Below, piece after piece: positions 39,271-53,300 of a stretch of DNA of 64,000 nt. Location of the stretch: positions 12,400,001 to 12,464,000 of the forward strand of contig OZ249439.1 in NCBI GenBank assembly GCA_965235115.1, written 5' to 3'. Every line of letters starts with the position of its first letter. Position 1 is the first letter of the stretch. The position numbers and the translations under genes are program-made. The stretch comes from Laetmonice hystrix (lineage: Eukaryota). The notes under the pieces are model-generated. The model was not told the DNA's origin. It did no database searches and saw only the letters and a program-made list of their open reading frames with translations.

Positions 39271-39720
39271 TGATTCACCTAGCTCCACCCCAGCCGGGCA
39301 CCGTGCTAAGTTAGCTGATCCACCTAGCTCCATCCCAGCCGGGCACCGTGCTAAGTTAGCTGATCCACCTAGCTCCATCCCAGCCCGGCACCGTGCTAAG
39401 TTAGCTGATCCACCTAGCTCCACCCCAGCCGGGCACCGTGCTAAGTTAGCTGATCCACCTAGCTCCACCCCAGCCGGGCACCGTGCTAAGTTAGCTGATC
39501 CACCTAGCTCCACCCCAGCCGGGCACCGTGCTAAGTTAGCTGATCCACCTAGCTCCACCCCAGCCGGGCACCGTGCTAAGTTAGCTGATCCACCTAGCTC
39601 CATCCCAGCCGGGCACCGTGTTAAGTTAGCTGATCCACCTAGCTCCATCCCAGCCGGGCACCGTGCTAAGTGAGCTGATCCACCTAGCTCCACCCCAGCC
39701 GGGCACCGTGCTAAGTTAGC
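39271..39720. repeat. Minisatellite, 45 bp x 10
   Basis: Unit CTGATCCACCTAGCTCCACCCCAGCCGGGCACCGTGCTAAGTTAG. Confidence 0.98.
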
Positions 39721-40025
39721 AAAGACCTTGGTTTTACTCGTTGGTTTAACCGCTGACCCACCTCAGCGTATAAACACTGATAACACACTCGGGTCTGAGT
39801 GACAGCGAGCTTCAGGTCCCGGATAACATTCCGCTACGAGAGAAGAAGTCTGAAAGGATTTCTTAGCGCTGATCTTGTCTTATTCTGCTAGCGTTCCATT
39901 CAGATAATCCCTCATTGATCGGTGGCTGGGAGGAGGAGGGAGACTACCCGATTATCTCCCAGACAGTGCAACAAGAGGTCAATAATGGGCGGGACCTTCA
40001 GGTGTCAATCAACGATCACCTGCCA

Positions 40026-40242
40026 ATACGGCACCAAGACTGACTGAGTATACGGCACCAAGACTGACTGAGGATACGGCACCAAGACTGACTGAGGATA
40101 CGGCACCAAGACTGACTGACGATACGGCACCAAGACTGACTGAGGATACGGCACCAAGACTAACTGAGGATACGGCACCAAGACTAACTGAGGATACGGC
40201 ACCAAGACTGACTGAGGATACGGCACCAAGACTGACTGAGGA
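40026..40242. repeat. Minisatellite, 24 bp x 9
   Basis: Unit GATACGGCACCAAGACTGACTGAG. Confidence 0.97.
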
Positions 40243-41550
40243 AGGATGAACGTTTCATCTTACCTTTAATATCGATGAGAAATGAAGAAATGAAGTTTAT
40301 CACTGTCATTTACCAAACTTCTCACCCTACAACACCTCAGCTACACACGACGTAATCTCCAACCAATACACTTTACTTTAGACAGTCCTAATTTTCTCGT
40401 CAAGCTCAAACTCTTAGTTTAATTTTGAGTAGATTTATTATACAGGGTGTCTTTACGTACCTTTGACGAGCTAGAGGCAGCGTGATGGGTGGTGTTCTGG
40501 ACGGCTGACGTACTCCACAAACAATGCTTTCCCCCACGGTTTATCTGGATGATCCGTGCTTCCCTGGAAACCAACCAGAACCACTGTCATACTTGGTGCC
40601 GCTAATCCTGGACTGACGCTGATATAGAATGATGTGGGATAATGATACTAAGTGTGATGAATCCGGATTAGCCTCAGGTTTAATCCTGCTTCCAGTTTTA
40701 CAGATCAATGAGACCCAGTAGTGAGCGCTGGTAAAAGTGTGGTCTGTGGCCTTGCTAAGCCACCAGCCATCTGTCTTGGTTGGCCGCCTGCTGCAGTGAC
40801 ACAGCTCAGAGAGGGCCAGGCACGGCCCAGCGCCCGGAGGTAGGTACGCGGGGTGGTTGTACAGCACTCTTCCCCACTGAAGGAGGCCAGACCGCCGGGT
40901 CGTCTGGCGGCTCCCCGTCCTCCGCCTCACTGGGGGCAAGGCGCCGGGTCCAGTACCCGGGACCCCCGCCAGGGGGAGCACTAATCACCCGTCCCGGACC
41001 ACTGCCAGCGTCCACCCCCTGAGGTGCCTGCCAGTCAGGACTCTTCTCCTCCTGTCAGAGGGACCTGGGCCACCTCCGGGCTGGCCCTGGGCCTCCTCCT
41101 GGGCGCCCACAGGCCGGGGGCCACAGCCTGGCTGAACGATCAGATCACACGACTTGATATCAGCATGATAGACCGCTGGCTTTACCTCATCAATTTTCAA
41201 ATTCTGACTTGGTATCTTTTAACAGGGCTGATTATAAACTATCTCCGACCTCCTGCTTGCTCTGCTGGCATAGCTTAGTGCAACAGAGAAAGGGATCAGT
41301 AACGAAGAGTCTTGTTTCAGGCTAGCCTGCTGTGCGTGTCATGTGGGGGTGTTCACACCCTGATACAGGACCACATATTTGTATCTCCTGACTCGGAAAA
41401 TTTTCTCACAAATCTGGGCTGCCATTAAGATGAGCTGTTCGTATATATCCAGTGATGGTAGTGCATAGAAATACGTATTGCCTGCTGGTATCATGATAGC
41501 GGTGGGAACCTGACAGTACATGTCTGGTCTTTCTGGAACTGGTTAATTAG

Positions 41551-41583
41551 ACATGACCCGGCGGTCCTAGTACCGGGTCATGT
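41551..41583. repeat. Small perfect hairpin (11 bp stem, 11 nt loop)
   Basis: ACATGACCCGG-CGGTCCTAGTA-CCGGGTCATGT. Confidence 0.6.
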
Positions 41584-42244
41584 AAACTATGTCACAAGTG
41601 TCAAACTAACTGCATATAAACATAACTGAGAACAACAAAAAATACCATTTGGGATGTCTGATGAGGGGCGAGGGAGATAGCGGTGTCTAAGTCTCCGAAC
41701 ACTCGAGATTAACTTAACCTGCCTACAAATGAGGATCTGGCAAGTATCAGATGTCCGATGTGAGAACGAGTTTGAGGTAGGTTGAAGCTAGAATCGTCCC
41801 AGTTGTACGGAGCTCAGGCAGGCATGTGTAGACGATAATTTGTTTACTTCAGACCAGCGAGTTCCTCCAGTGTTAGTATTCTTACTACCCAGGTGTAAAA
41901 CACATGTAATTCTCTCTGCATCTATAGACGTCAAAGGACCGCAGTCTTACTGTCGCCGTCCTTTCTTAGCAGGTCCTACTGTCATCCCAAGATCAACTCT
42001 CTACCATACACTACAATGGAGACACATGCTTTTCAAGTCCTCTATTTGACATTTCGAGCCATCTTGGCACCATATTAACTCAATCCAGAACCACGCTTCG
42101 GAAGCTGTTTGCCATTTACCCCCAGAAGGGTGCAGCTTACCCTTTGTAGACTCCCTCAAAGGGCAATAAACAACACTGACATCTCGGAATTGTCTAGCGC
42201 GGACGGAGGACCTCTTGGATAGCCAGGCAGTCGTACCCCGGTGA

Positions 42245-42279
42245 CCTCCAGATGGCGCTGGGTGTCTGCCAGATGGCAA
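42245..42279 (+). promoter_or_regulatory. Tandem CTCF-like / CAGATG E-box motifs
   Basis: CCTCCAGATGGCGC (42245-42258) and CTGCCAGATGGCAA (42266-42279); motif match only. Confidence 0.3.
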
Positions 42280-45200
42280 AGAGAATGCCAAGCAGCACAA
42301 CATTCCAAGGACACCCTCCTCCACCCCCATCACCACCACCTTCTCTACAGGTACGCATCCGGCATCATCAGAGAGTCTCGCACCAAGGTACGACCAACAC
42401 AGATTCTCGGCCTTCACTAAAAGGTGTCCATGTTCACCGTGCAGTCTGCTGGCACTGCTGTTTATAGCCAGAGTAAGCTAGAGATCCATTGATCCCTTAT
42501 CAAATATTCCTGGCAATATATCGCTTGGTTGTTGTCAGATGTCAATATAATTTCTGACACAGATGCCCTGACACAGATGCCTACCGGTGTATACTATTTT
42601 GGCTACAGGGGCAATTACTAATAAATAATTTAAATTTTTCTTATGTTTCATGCTTTCTACCATATCCATCGCAAAAGATAATTGACGGCCTTTGTCCAAA
42701 TCAGTGGGCAAATAGCAATGGATATAAATGCAGGTGGTATAAATTGCCATCTGGTTAACATTGCAGTCCTATTGTTGTTCTTATGCCTGATTCCACAAAT
42801 ACCTGCCAGACAACCAACAGGTGACCAACTGGTAGACAAACAGGCAGGTCGTACCCTCCTGACCCTGGCTATAAACACGCACGTTCCGAATCAGCCCAGG
42901 CGTTTACTTGCGCTTTTAGGGGGCCTGAATGAAGGAGAAACCGACGAAATAAATTACCAGTATTATATTCCTTGTGATCGATCTTTGAAAAAAAACTCCC
43001 GTGAACCGAATACTGTAATTAATATCCATCGTTCTAATGTGTACGGGATAAAAACGACCGTCAATAGAAAAAAACCTGAAATCTCATGCTAGAAGTTAAA
43101 CCGCATAATTGAGAAATGAGGTTTGACGGCGAATTCCTCAATACAGATTTCCACGCTGGTAATTATCGCATGCTTTCTGGCTCAAAGAGCCGTAATCGTC
43201 AACAACCGGTACTGGTAAATAACTACACTGATACACCAAATTCAGATTGGAAGCATTCATCAATATTTTGGAAGGATCACAGGCTCTCCTCTCGCTGTAT
43301 TCAAACTTAATTATCCCATCGATGAAATGTTTACGGTTCATCTAGTTTACCGATATAAACGAATTGAACATGCTAGTCTATTATTTTAAAAATAACGATT
43401 CAACTCTTTAATTTCTCATTTTAATACTGCGACAAGCATCGAGGCATGAAATAATGTGGTTTTATCCCTCAGTTCATTAATGAAATCACCGAAGCTTGAG
43501 AAGATACAGACACACCAAATCTGGAGGAAGGGAAAATTCACAAATCAACTCGAGCTTTTCTTTAACAAGAGTTGCGCAAAAGGAATTGGATTTCATTCCA
43601 TAATAAAAATGTAATAACCATAAAGCTATGATTTCTCCTCTCTTTTTAAAAGATTGTGGCTATAGTCATCATCTTTTTACTGGCCGGCGAGGGACAGACC
43701 ATCAACCTTATTAAGATAATGTCACTTCATGGACTGCGATATAAGAATAAAGTTCTCCACATAACAAGAGGACAAAGAACCGACCCTATCCGACAGAACA
43801 CTGACGCCTAAACTGGCGCCACGCACATACCATATCCTACCATACCATGGAGCATACAATCCAACAATATCTATAGATTTCCTAAATTTATGGGAAATCC
43901 ACAGGACTTATATATAATTTGTCCCTGTGTTGATGATGCTTGTACAGGAATTCATGGGGGAAATACTTGTTTTAGAGATTGGAGATATTTTTCATGTTTG
44001 GAGAGAAGCCTTCCCATCGACCTTGTAGCGTTGCCATATCTTAAACCGCATTTTCAAATTCATTGAATTGCAGTGTCTGCTTTGACTCGAGTATCCTATA
44101 CAAATGAATTTTTCCCGTACCGTTTGCTTCAGATCCGCTTCTCCAGGCGTGCCTCTGTCCCTCATCAGACGTATTATAAAAGCCAGTGGTACGTGTTTCT
44201 CAATCACATGCACAGTTGAACAAACTAAAACAAGCGCACTGCATCCTGCTTCCCTCTGCTGCATTCCACAATACCTACGTGTTCTTTTATTCAGATGACT
44301 AAAAAACTCACCAGAAAACCCCAACGAAAACAAAAAAAGATTTTCTGCAATACAAATCTCCGAGTCACATAACCAATTAATCCCTTCCCTGTTTTTCTGT
44401 GCCTTATTTTCTTTCTTTTTTGTTGAATGTAAAACTGTAAAATCATGTGCTTGGAGCGCAGGCTGTCATTATTGGCGGCCGGATGGGCGGGGGTGCAGGA
44501 GGAGGCGGGCGCCTGGTGCCACTTGCCACCGTCGTCTGGAAGCAGCTCTCCTGTTAGTGGTAACACGCCCACAAGTCTCAGCCTGCACCGCCAAGAGCCT
44601 GCCAAGATCTCAGATCTGGGGAGATGACAAAGCTCCAGCCTACGGGGCGATCACCCCAACACATTCCTCCACCCCAGTGGAATCCCATTTCCAAGTGACC
44701 CTGCTAGGAGCACAGGGTGTCTGATTGCTAATAGAGGTACTCCTGCACCGGCTGCAGCTTAACTCCCGACATGATAGAGGGCATCTCATCAGGCAATGTC
44801 ATGCTCTTGGATTTATGGAATCCTACAAATGACTTTCTACTCTGCCATCTCAATGACTGATGCTTTATAGTTACATCCAACTTCAGGATTCACTGATCCA
44901 TCACTGGATTTTTTCTCTGTCCTGGCCAGCTCATACATTTCAAACCTAGCCACTCAGTGATGTATTGTAGGATTTTCCCGTTTCGCCCGCACAGCTCAGA
45001 TACTGCAGCAGAAACAGCCGATGATGAATTGAGAATTTTTTCGGCCCCACCCGGCCTCATACACTTTCATGGGATTTTACTGCAATGTCAGCGACGCGTC
45101 ATGACAATTGGACATGGGGGCTTGACAGCGGGGTTCGGATTAGATCCAGCTGTTGTCGGAACTCGGCATAAACAATGGCACCCCGCCCCTGGGGGTGTCG

Positions 45201-48200
45201 ATAGGGTATATGCCCCTTGCCGCCCTCCCAGCCGGAGCTATATGCAGCACTGCTGGGCCCACATTCTCCAGGGTAGGACATCCTTGTCTGGATGGACCCA
45301 CCAGTTGATCCCAGCGATATCTTAAGGATCCAATCTGAATGCCCCGAGAAATTGTCTTCACACCCTGCCGTGGCTTCATGCCATAAACACCATTAGTTAT
45401 AATAACATCAGTCTGGCACTCCAGGCTTATTAATCCAGGGGCTAGCCACCGGTTCGCAGGCCATGGCTTCGCTAACATTTGATTTCAATCTATATGGCTA
45501 GGCCCAAGTCCAGGTTTTACTTCCAGGGTAACGTTCACAGATGACGGACCAGCTAATTATTATTATTACGTACTCTAGGTAACTATTAAAGACAACAATC
45601 TTTGCGGGGTGACTTACGTGGCGAATGGCTGGTTCATTAATACCTCAAATACATCTTCTGTCACATATAACAATGCTTTATCATTGCAGGTGTAAATTTT
45701 TCTCTTGATTTTCATAGACACTGTGTGAATGTTCTGTACGACTATATTTCCTCAGAAACATTGTGCAGGGGTATACTTAGTTAAGGCCGGTTGCTTAGAT
45801 TCCCCCTTAAGGTGTAATACCGATCGCGCCGAAGGCCTGGATCTACACGTGGAAATGATGCGAGGACAAAAAACAATCGGGCAGAGTGTATCCCAGCCTG
45901 CATAGCGTGAGGCGTGCCCTAATTACGCGGCACAATACCATTTGGACCATGCATCAGCCACACAAGCTGCAGGCAAAATCTACATATTCGTGCAGGATTT
46001 CATTAGACAAGCGTTCCTTCTGGTTACTATCAACACAAATACTCGATTGCCTTGGTTTCCTACAACAATCTCTCAGAGACGGTTCCTTTCAGACGCATCC
46101 ATTTATATAGATACATGCTGTGGAAAGTAAATTCTACAACTCCATACATTCATCAAACAGAAATCTGACAAGTTCGCTGTATAGTTTCTGTGGATTCTGA
46201 ACTGTATCTCTCCATATCGATGGGCCGTCTATGGGCCTACCAAATGACAACGTCTATGGTTTGCCCTACCACACAGGTTCGTCACAGATTTCTCTACTGT
46301 GTACGTTTGCTGGAGGAGAGATGAAAGGTCAATCGACGAGCTGCATTAACAGATTGTCTACCACGGGACATGTGATGGGACCCGCTGACAATAAATGTAA
46401 GCCGTGTAGATAATTTGTCCAGAGAACAGAGCTGCCTGCCACCTGCTGGAGCTTATGAGCACTACACCATTTCCTCACCAGTTCAACATGTGGTGGTGCT
46501 TCCAGCCATCAGTGTTAGATCAAGCATTACTCTAATAATGGCTTATCGCCAGCCCAGCTTAAAATCCTATCCAGAGGTGTCGTTTAGGGTCCAACACATC
46601 TGGGGCCACTAACTGGTGGGTGTCAAAAATTTCCAACCTTTTCACTACTGTGGGCCCTTTCTCTGCTGTTCGACCCAGAGCTAATCAATGGTCCTAGTCT
46701 CCCAATACCAAACACTTTTACAACTCCCCCATTCTGCCGAATCTCCCAATTTCTGGCGGTCTGTGGCACCCATGTGATCCAGCTCTGTGGCCCCCGTGGC
46801 GACCATCCCACCACATGAATATATACAGCCACCTCAACCCCGCTACAGCGATAGGCCTAATATCCACACCAGTGGCAAACCCTCTCCCACAGATGGGTCT
46901 AACAGGTGAGGCAAATGGCAACGTTAACCTACAAAGCAGGAAAACTAAGGAAGTCATTTGTAAGCGTACCAACACCCAAAATTCTACCCCGCTAAGGTAT
47001 GAAACACGCCGGCATAAGTTATTTCTGATACACTCTCACGTCTTAAAAACTCTTGCGATCACATTTCTAGTAATTTATACACCAAATATACTCCACCAAA
47101 TTACCCTAGGGCACAGTTCTTTGCCTTCTTGTTACAGACCCTTGAGGATGACATGACTTAAAAACGGTTTCTTGGTGCCTCTGAATATGTTGTCTAAGAT
47201 GTCACTGAAATATAGCAACACTGTGATATGGTTTTGAAGTACTACATGACGGGATTGTGATTTAAGGTCATGCCATGAGCGGAGATATTCGTAAACAACA
47301 GTACAAGCCGTACTGATCGGTTGTCTACCGGAACAATCGTAGATCGAGGCTCCGTGATGGCAATCATAGCCATCTTCTACCATCACTCAACCCAGTTCCT
47401 ATAATCCTCTCTCCTGGGAAACAGGCATGGTTTCCTTCCCTATCACACAGTGGGATGCCAATGCATGAGCAAACAGAACAATTGTCCTACACTTCCTGCA
47501 AACAAGCCTTCCTACTTGGAATACGCAGGCCTGAGCCCCCGAGCTCACTGTCAAATCCTCCTATGCCGGCCTGACTGAGCACTTAACAGTAGTTTTCAGA
47601 GTTCAAAGGGATGCAAGTCTCCATCAACTGTTGGTAATTGGCAGTCTGTGATCGATTGCTCATGTTGACATTCAGTTATAGACATGCCTGTCCACGGTTA
47701 GCTCTATGGAAGCCATGCTGAGCCTTCTAACTCCAGATCATTACACAGCCCCATTGTCTACCTAAAGTGGAAGATTCATGTTCAATCGACACATTCTTAG
47801 GTGATTTGTAAGATTCCAGAAAACAGTAGTATGACACAGGTGAACCTCCTGGTCTACGTGGATCGAAGTTGACGCAAGGTTATATACAAGAACCTTGCAG
47901 CAACCCTGGTTTTAAGATGTCACGACAGGTCAGAATAGCTATATCATAGGTTACTAGAACTCGTATTAAAACAACTTTCCCTCCTTATAGCTGTCTGCAT
48001 TCTAAGTGGTTTTATCCTAATCCAGAGTACGATATTTTGGGACCAGTTCGTAAAAGCTTAACGCATCTGATTGGCTGGTCTGAGCAGACTTTTTACGGAC
48101 TGGTTCCTGGACTTGGACGAGAATTTGGTCTAAGACCGTGGTAATATAAAAAGAGTATATTCCGGGAGGGTAATTTCACTTTAAGTATATTAAGCATATT

Positions 48201-49009
48201 AATTATACCTACAAGACACTATCATTCTAAGCATCTTGATACCTTTCCCGCCAAGTATTCAGACAATTGGATATGTCTGACACTGGTCACCATGGAAACC
48301 GCAGTAAGCCGGTAGAAGCATATACTCTGATACATGGAAAAACAACTACCCACAGTTGGCTAAATAAAGTTACATTTAAGCTGCCTTTTGGGAGTAAATC
48401 TGGCAAGTGGGTGTGTGGCTGACTTGTGAGTGGATTTCTCTGTTAATCAATGCTCCTTCCCATTGCCTTTGAGCCGTCTCCCTTCTAAGCTATGATGTCT
48501 ATCTGTCGTCTGGATGGCACCTGGTGGCTCAGACTGCCACAAACCTGAGAGAAGGTCCTAACTTTCGCCATTCTGCTGAAAACCTTTCTATCCTATGGCA
48601 CGACAGTAACCTGCCCTCTAGTAAAGAGGGGATTCAAACAATGGTTTCTGACATGGCAATACACCTGACGCCAAATATTTATAAGAAAACGTAATAAACG
48701 AATTTAGACATACTCGGAATCCAAATCGATCTGGATCCGGTTATAGATCTATACTCAGTGTATAAATCTTTACTACGACTTTATAACTGCAGTGCCAGTG
48801 AGCTTCAATGGGTTAACGATGGTACATGAAGTATGTTTGTAAAAGTAAAACTTGTGCCCCCGGCGAAAAGAACGGTCTGTGGAGCACACCTTTTTAAATT
48901 CAACGAAACTTCAAAGACAACAAAATGAAGTAAAATTCATTTTTACACACGATGGATCAGCAGTCGCCAGACAGACCGGGCGACTGAGAGATGGTCAGAC
49001 AGGCATTTA

Positions 49010-49278
49010 GACGGACAGATACGGACTGACCAGGGGCTGGGCCGGCTGACGGACAGATACGGACTGACCAGGGGCTGGGCCGGCTGACGGACAGATACGG
49101 ACTGACCAGGGGCTGGGCCGGCTGACGGACAGATACGGACTGACCAGGGGCTGGGCCGGCTGACGGACAGATACGGACTGACCAGGGGCTGGGCCGGCTG
49201 ACGGACAGATACGGACTGACCAGGGGCTGGGCCGGCTGACGGACAGATACGGACTGACCAGGGGCTGGGCCGGCTGAC
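49010..49278. repeat. Minisatellite, 38 bp x 7
   Basis: Unit GACGGACAGATACGGACTGACCAGGGGCTGGGCCGGCT, near-perfect copies. Confidence 0.98.
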
Positions 49279-50239
49279 TGGCCGCCTGGGATTGACCATC
49301 AATTTGCCATGCCCCCTCCCACGCCCCACCCCTAAGACCTGTACTGACATCGGTATAATTACAGAGTGATCAGACAGGCTGTGCATAAGATACGCCACCA
49401 TGTCATATTATGGATCATAACCTGAGTGCCTTGCCTGAGGCTCCCGTTATGTGACATCTGAGTGATGGGGTCAAGTCAGGTCATCTGATTCCAGATTCTG
49501 ATTAAAACAAGTATCACATTGCTGCCACCCATCACATCCACGACTGCAGCACTTTCATAATGGGACACGTCTCGGCCAACCACAACCCCACGTAAACAGC
49601 GGGTCCTGAGGCTATCTCTTCTCATTATCCTCAGATACCTCACGGTGCTGGGGTCCTCTCTAATTCTGCATGCTCTAAATGTTCACCTGACAGCCGGGTA
49701 CGGCGACATTCTGAGGGGTTACATAGGTTCTAGGAAAAGGCCACTGAAATATATCTAAAACTATAATGTCACCCAGAAGGTATTAAGATAGAAATATATG
49801 GTTTAGCCGTTCCGGATGTTAGCTTTCATAGACTACAATACCTCAATCTGTTTAATTCGTTTGGTGTATCAGAACAGTTCAGAATAATACAACAGGATAA
49901 AAAACGATTAATGAATATTCATGTGACTGCATACAGCCCAACTGTAGTCCAACTAAAAGTCTCCACTCTGGTTTCCCTTATCACAACTTCCACCCGGACC
50001 TAACACAAAACATAGCCACACAATTAAATGTGTCTTCTCCCAATGCGAGGTTATGACAACTACAAGGTATCAGTATACTGTATACATGCACTCGCCAAGT
50101 GAGGGACTTTTTTAAAAATGGTTTGAAAGCCAAGTTCCGGTACACTAAGTGTCAAGAATCAAAAATGGCCCCGCAAAACCATAAACAAAGTCCGTGTCTG
50201 TGCAAGTTTCAAATGAAAGCGGGGTTGAGACCTAGTGAG

Positions 50240-50305
50240 GGTTTGTCTGATTGGGGATTCGGTTTGTCTGATTGGGGATTCGGTTTGTCTGATTGGGGAT
50301 TCGGT
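50240..50305. repeat. Tandem repeat, 21 bp x 3
   Basis: GGTTTGTCTGATTGGGGATTC x 3; each copy contains CCAATCAG on the minus strand. Confidence 0.95.
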
Positions 50306-53300
50306 GACTTTCTCTATTATCACGACTGTCTAACATGTAATGAGGTTTGTGCTATATCAATGGTTAAAGCAACAAAATCATTCATCATACTGGTTGCCCG
50401 CCGATACCACGCGATTTATTAAATTAAATATAATCATCTTCTCTACAAAAGCCTTGTTTTATACCATGAAGTGGGTGATTATGGTATGAGATATGATTCA
50501 CCCGATGGTAAACCTATTAAATATGTAGCTCATGAGCTTACACCCTCATCACTTTTACGGATAGAAACGGCCTTACTTCATGAACAATTACCTGAAAACC
50601 TAGACGTTATTAAATATCTCGCTTACACATTACTTCCCTCCGCTAGGCATGCTCGTCTTATATTAAATATCTCAATATAATTCCAACAAAAATACTTCGT
50701 TTTAGATAGAAAAATTTAATATTAGTTCCACTGCAGTAATTACCACCAGCTATTTGTTTTAGCGTCTGCAAGGGTTCTCATTACTTGTCTGTGTTATCAG
50801 AGAAAGCAGCAGGCAAAACATGGTGGGGAGACACTTGGCTTATCAGGCCTGTCTACGGTGGAAACAGGCAGGAAGCTGCTCCATGATACCGTCTCGAAAA
50901 ACATCTCCAACATGTTCCACAACAACTTCCAAACTACTCTTTCAAAGTGACTCCTCGATGTGTGCACATAATCAATTTCCTAATGAGCCCACAAGTAACT
51001 GTTTTTCCTACCAGCCCGGTGCTAAAGTACACAACTGCAAGCAGTATTTCCAACTGTGACGTCAGGTCGTGGACACCCAAGCTCCCGTTTTGAGTGGTAC
51101 CAGAAGCAGAATGTTTCCTGTGTCCAAAACCTGCTGTCTTGTTTCCCCATGTGCTGCAGGAGTGGTGAACGTACCACGGCCATACCTCCTGCAGCCAGCC
51201 GGGCAGCCAGGCGGCCGATGAGGAGCAGCCCTTCTGCATTGCGTCAGTCAACAGAGCTCATTCAGTTCTCCAACTGCCAAGCCCGCCATCCTTATCACTT
51301 GCAGCATTCCCTTTTTAAAGCCAGGAAATGCATTAAGTTCGCATAAACGACCCGACTTGTCCATACGATGGGCAGCCGGTAACGTCCGTTTTTTAAGTTT
51401 GTTTAACATGGGATAGTGCTAGCGGTGATATCAGTCCTCCACCGGTAACAGCGACCGACTAGACCGCCGCTAGTTTTTTCTATCTCTGTACTTAGTGCTT
51501 GCATACAGACGAGAGGACATCGATATGCTGCCATCCTGTCAGTTTGTTTCTGTCTCTATCACGGATTGACCCAGACCACAGTCAAGTGGTCCTCTTTGTT
51601 GGAGAAACTTCCTCTACTTCCGCGTCAAATAAACAAGACGAGAGATACATGGCCGGGGTACTGCAGCCGAGCTCACAACCGGCCTCATGCAAAGTCAGGT
51701 TGAAATTCTTCCCCAAGGTGATGTTCAAAACCTGACAGAATGCCGGGGTAATAGCTTCACACAGAAAGCTTGGCTCAATATCCATCAGAAAATGTCAGAC
51801 TGACAGTTGCTGCAGAATCTGCCATCGAGATGCTGTCCTCTTATTAGCACCTTTCATTCGTCGACGTTCAAACACCGACAAGCGAGTGCCCTATCCTCTG
51901 TGTTACCCTGCTTCCTGATGTCATGATGACATGATTGTCAAAATGGTTTTAGCAGAAACTACCCAAAACAACAGGCCATACCCACGTCAAATGATCACAA
52001 TTCTACATCACCCTCCATCTGGCAGGTTGACGTTATCGGAGCATACGCGCGGGCAAGACGGCCTATGTTTCCTGGGTGTGGTGAAAGCTTTCCTAATGAT
52101 CCCCTTACTCTGGGTCCTGCATTAGGGGGTCAGACCACACCGACAGATCGTGCCATGGCTGTCGCCACCTCGGATGGCCACACACAGGTAGAGTCACCTG
52201 AGAAGCGGGAGAGTGCCCCAGGGATGCGGCTCTTTAATTAGTTATCAAATAACACTGACTGGACCTAAGTCACCGGGGACCTGGCCTAACAGACGACAAC
52301 CAGCGACTGGCTTGGCCTCTTTGGCTCAAACGGAAGGCTTGGCTGAGCTTTGGCCAAGCTGGGAGGGAAAGTCCACCTCAGCAGGAGACTTGGATGCAGC
52401 TGAAGGTACTCAAAGCAGATCAATGTCAGCAATGCAGGCGCACAATGACAGGACTTGTAAATATTTCATAGAAATCAGGATAATAGCAGAACACTGATGG
52501 TAGGCGTCTGGTGGACAAGGAGTCCATCAATGGTCTCACAGCGCACCGACTACCAGCAACTGCGCTTGAAAGCTCTGCTTTTAAAGATGCATCAGTGAAC
52601 GGGACTGTGTATGAATCCGAGTCGGCCACTCCCTCCAGGGGTTAGTGCAGCCCCGGGGTATCATCCACGTCTGTTACTGAGATTGCACCCTGTCCAAAAC
52701 CTTTAGTCTTAATCTGCCTGATTTGTGATAAATATTTTATTCTAAAGTACATGACTTTGGAGAATGTCCTGTAACGGGGCCTCCCACTGGTGAACACTCA
52801 ACGCCCTACGGAGGGATTATTGTGATATAAGGATCAACTTTACGAACATCAATCGAGATTACTACACAATGCATTATTATTCAACAATAGTAACATTCTG
52901 AAACACGACTTCAGAAACTTACATGACTTTTCTAAAGTTTCCAAGTTATCGAAATGAAACATATTGTGATCTTTTATAAGCTGCAGCCATATCTGCAGAC
53001 ATCCTTACCTTTATAAAGGGAGTAACACTGGAGTATCACTGTACTGCGAGGGTGTCTTTGATCCACAACCGACAATGGTCAGGATTCCTTTGTAAACGAA
53101 TATATCCAGAACCTAATAGGATATACCTGATCAGATCCTTTTTGGAATACCTGTCTCCATTCTTCCGCTACGAACAAAAGGTATTTCTTTCTGAAAGATC
53201 CCCCCTCACTGTCATATAATGACATGGTTCAACTAGGACAGAGGCCTCCTGTACCACTACAGTATCTGTATCAGATATACTGAGCATGGGAACAAAGGGG

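Noticed and set aside
39247-39693. Repetitive ORFs on both strands (MELGGSANLARCPAG / HRAKLADPPSSTPAG repeats)
   Set aside because: Produced by a stop-free 45 bp tandem unit; no unique coding flanks and no synonymous-site pattern of variation.
40005-40229. VLVPYPQS-repeat ORF
   Set aside because: Translation of a 24 bp minisatellite.
48943-49401. 152 aa repetitive ORF
   Set aside because: A 38 bp unit read through all three frames; artefact of the tandem repeat.
51582-51850. ITLGKNFNLTL resembling the GDFN motif of LINE AP-endonucleases
   Set aside because: Key residues differ, spacing to the upstream motif is wrong, and there are no RT remnants nearby.
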